From: an uncultured Pseudomonas sp.
GTDB lineage: Bacteria; Pseudomonadota; Gammaproteobacteria; Pseudomonadales; Pseudomonadaceae
NCBI GenBank assembly: GCA_966186235.1
Contig: CBIFVM010000020.1
Span: forward strand, 14,503 to 78,502
Direction of reading: 5' to 3'
DNA: 64,000 nt
Every line of letters starts with the position of its first letter. Positions within the stretch are counted from its first letter, which is position 1. Positions 58,870 to 64,000 of this stretch are shown one piece after another. The position numbers and the translations under genes were made by a program. A model generated the notes under the pieces. It did no database searches. It was given only the letters and a program-made list of their open reading frames with translations, and was not told the DNA's origin.

Positions 58870-58919
58870 TGTGGGAACGGGCCATGCCCGTGATTTTGCG
58901 GGTATGGCCCGCTCCCACA
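58870..58919. repeat. REP doublet of a third family (TGTGGGAGCGGGC...)
   Basis: TGTGGGAACGGGCCATGCCCG...CGGGTATGGCCCGCTCCCACA inverted pair. Confidence 0.75.
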
Positions 58920-59035
58920 GGTAAAGCAACGATGCCCGCTCCTGCTTTATGACTGCCGGTTCATGCACATCGAGATCGTGATCAGGTTCTTGGCGGCGCT
59001 GCCAGCCCACGTTGTTTACTTGCACAGGAGTGCCC

Positions 59036-60037
59036 ATGCGAATCATCGATCTGCGTAGCGACACCGTGACCCAACCCACCGCCGGCATGCGCGAAGCGAT
59101 GCTGGCCGCCGAACTGGGCGATGACGTGTACGGCGAAGACCCCACCGTCAACCGGCTGGAACAGAGCCTGGCGCGGGATCTCGGCTTCGCCGCGGCGCTG
59201 TTCGTGCCCACCGGCACCATGAGCAACCTGCTTGGCCTGATGGCCCACTGCGAGCGGGGCGACGAATACATCGTCGGCCAGCAGGCGCACACCTACAAAT
59301 ACGAAGGTGGCGGTGCGGCGGTGCTCGGCTCGATCCAGCCCCAGCCGCTGGACATGGAGCTCGATGGCTCCCTGGATCTTGACCGGGTCGAAGCGGCGAT
59401 CAAGCAGGACGACTTCCACTTCGCCCGCACCCGCCTGCTGGCCCTGGAAAACACCATGCAGGGCAAGGTACTGCCGCTGGAGTACCTGGCGGCCGCCCGT
59501 GCCTTCACGCATGACAAGGGCCTGGCGCTGCACCTCGATGGCGCGCGGCTGTTCAATGCGGCAGTCAGGCAGGGTGTCGACGCGCGGGAAATCACCCGTC
59601 ATTTCGATTCGGTGTCCGTATGCCTGTCCAAGGGCCTGGGTGCGCCAGTCGGCTCGGTGCTGTGCGGTAGCGAGGCGTTGATCGCCAAGGCTCGTCGCCT
59701 GCGCAAGATGGTCGGCGGCGGCATGCGCCAGGCTGGCGTGCTGGCGGCGGCCGGGCTGTACGCGCTGGATCATCAGGTCGCGCGCCTGGTCGAGGATCAC
59801 GCCAATGCCGATTCCCTGGCGGCCGGCCTGCGCGAGCTGGGCTATTCGGTCGAGCCGGTGCAGACCAACATGGTCTACGTGCAGATCGGCGAGCGTGCCG
59901 CGGCCCTGAAGGCCTTCTGCGCCGAGCGCGGCATTCGCCTGAGCGCCGCCCCGCGGCTGCGCATGGTCACCCACCTGGATGTCGATGCCGGCGCCATGGC
60001 TCAGGTGATCGAAGCCTTCGCCGCCTTCCGCGCCTGA
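59036..60037 (+). CDS. ltaE: Low-specificity L-threonine aldolase
   Basis: [42 protein letters not shown]. Confidence 0.95.
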   Translation: MRIIDLRSDTVTQPTAGMREAMLAAELGDDVYGEDPTVNRLEQSLARDLGFAAALFVPTGTMSNLLGLMAHCERGDEYIVGQQAHTYKYEGGGAAVLGSIQPQPLDMELDGSLDLDRVEAAIKQDDFHFARTRLLALENTMQGKVLPLEYLAAARAFTHDKGLALHLDGARLFNAAVRQGVDAREITRHFDSVSVCLSKGLGAPVGSVLCGSEALIAKARRLRKMVGGGMRQAGVLAAAGLYALDHQVARLVEDHANADSLAAGLRELGYSVEPVQTNMVYVQIGERAAALKAFCAERGIRLSAAPRLRMVTHLDVDAGAMAQVIEAFAAFRA

Positions 60038-60210
60038 GATGGCCAGCGTGCAGTACCACGCAGTGGCCTGGCCGCTGCGGCCCAGTGTTTTCCGGCCATC
60101 GCGCCGCCTGCAAATAATTCAGCCCATGCCCTAGCCGCCGCGGACAAGCCCGATATAATGCGGGCTTTTGCCGGCTCTGCCGTGGCCGCCTGTTTTCCTG
60201 GAAATTGCCA

Positions 60211-62835
<2,625 letters not shown>

Positions 62836-62949
62836 GGCCCGTAACTCAAGCGTGACCGCGTCGCCCGCCATGCCCGGCGAACGGCGCGGTGGTGTGCGGT
62901 GGTGTTGTCTGTTTAATGGGCGCCCTTCACGGGCTGAGGCAGCTTTGAA

Positions 62950-64000
62950 ATGGCTTTGATCGTACAGAAATTCGGCGGTACCTCCGTCGGCACCGTCGAG
63001 CGAATCGCACAGGTCGCCGAAAAGGTGAAGAAATTCCGCGAGAAGGGCGACGATATCGTCGTCGTGGTATCGGCGATGAGCGGCGAGACCAATCGCCTCA
63101 TCGACCTGGCCAAGCAGATCAGCGATGACCAGCCGATCGCGCGTGAACTCGACGTCATGGTCTCCACCGGTGAGCAGGTGACCATCGCGCTGCTGGCCAT
63201 GGCGCTGATCAAACGTGGCGTGCCGGCGGTGTCCTACACCGGCAGCCAGGTGCGCATCCTGACCGACAGCGCACACACCAAGGCACGTATTCTGAGCATC
63301 GACGACACCAATATTCGCGCCGACCTCAAGGCCGGTCGCGTGGTGGTCGTCGCCGGCTTTCAGGGCGTGGACGAGCAGGGCAACATCACCACCCTCGGCC
63401 GCGGCGGTTCCGACACCACCGGCGTTGCCCTGGCAGCGGCATTGAAGGCCGACGAATGCCAGATCTACACCGACGTCGATGGCGTTTACACCACCGATCC
63501 GCGTGTGGTGCCCAAGGCTCAGCGCCTGGAGAAGATCACCTTCGAAGAGATGCTGGAAATGGCCAGCCTCGGTTCGAAAGTGTTGCAAATCCGCTCGGTG
63601 GAGTTCGCCGGCAAGTACAACGTCCCGCTGCGCGTTCTGCACAGCTTCCAGGAGGGTCCGGGCACCCTCATTACCCTTGATGAAGAGGAATCCATGGAAC
63701 AGCCGATCATCTCCGGCATCGCCTTCAATCGCGACGAAGCCAAGCTGACCATCCGTGGCGTGCCTGACCTGCCGGGCGTTGCGTTCAAGATTCTCGGCCC
63801 GATCAGCTCTGCCAACATCGAAGTGGACATGATCGTGCAGAATGTCGCGCACGATAACACCACCGATTTCACCTTCACCGTACACCGCAACGATTACCAG
63901 AACGCGCAGCAGGTGCTCGAAGCCACGGCTCGCGAACTCGGTGCTCGCGAAGTGGTCGGAGACGTTAACATCGCCAAGGTGTCCATCGTTGGCGTGGGGA
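62950..64000 (+). CDS. lysC: Aspartate kinase (runs off the right edge)
   Basis: MALIVQKFGGTSV, TTLGRGGSDTT, YTDVDGVYTTDPR; open to the window end. Confidence 0.97.
   Translation, partial: MALIVQKFGGTSVGTVERIAQVAEKVKKFREKGDDIVVVVSAMSGETNRLIDLAKQISDDQPIARELDVMVSTGEQVTIALLAMALIKRGVPAVSYTGSQVRILTDSAHTKARILSIDDTNIRADLKAGRVVVVAGFQGVDEQGNITTLGRGGSDTTGVALAAALKADECQIYTDVDGVYTTDPRVVPKAQRLEKITFEEMLEMASLGSKVLQIRSVEFAGKYNVPLRVLHSFQEGPGTLITLDEEESMEQPIISGIAFNRDEAKLTIRGVPDLPGVAFKILGPISSANIEVDMIVQNVAHDNTTDFTFTVHRNDYQNAQQVLEATARELGAREVVGDVNIAKVSIVGVG

Overview
A GC-rich Pseudomonas chromosomal segment. The genus is inferred from gene content and order (aru/ast cluster-ltaE-alaS-lysC; crbS-GNAT-araC...MFS/acyltransferase-sugE-BASS-rdgC-tRNA-Val/Asp); a plant-associated lineage is a guess based on the pectinase. 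About 55 CDSs and two tRNAs are present, with no integrase, transposase or CRISPR array. Core blocks alternate with accessory blocks: a FecI/FecR/TonB-receptor cell-surface signalling trio, an orphan MocR regulator, ydbH-ynbE-ydbL, a GH28 exo-polygalacturonase (PehX-like), a GST + PNPOx/FNR/2Fe-2S fusion + LysR module, a general-stress cluster right after tRNA-Asp, and a putative (N-acyl-)D-glucosaminate/KDG catabolic cluster. Non-coding features include a guanidine-II riboswitch, three REP families and Fur/ArgR/CrbR-like boxes. Best candidates for undescribed biology: (1) a promoter + 46-aa Arg/Phe-rich leader ORF + alternative hairpins ahead of an MFS transporter (possible attenuator); (2) a DnaA-box cluster with DARS-like geometry and an IHF-like site in the ydbH/sel1 intergenic region; (3) a possible oxidative N-acetyl-amino-sugar-acid pathway. 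Three genes in the first 15 kb carry +/-1 indels in short G/C runs, most simply explained as sequencing errors. All calls come from reading the sequence and recalling motifs; no searches were run.
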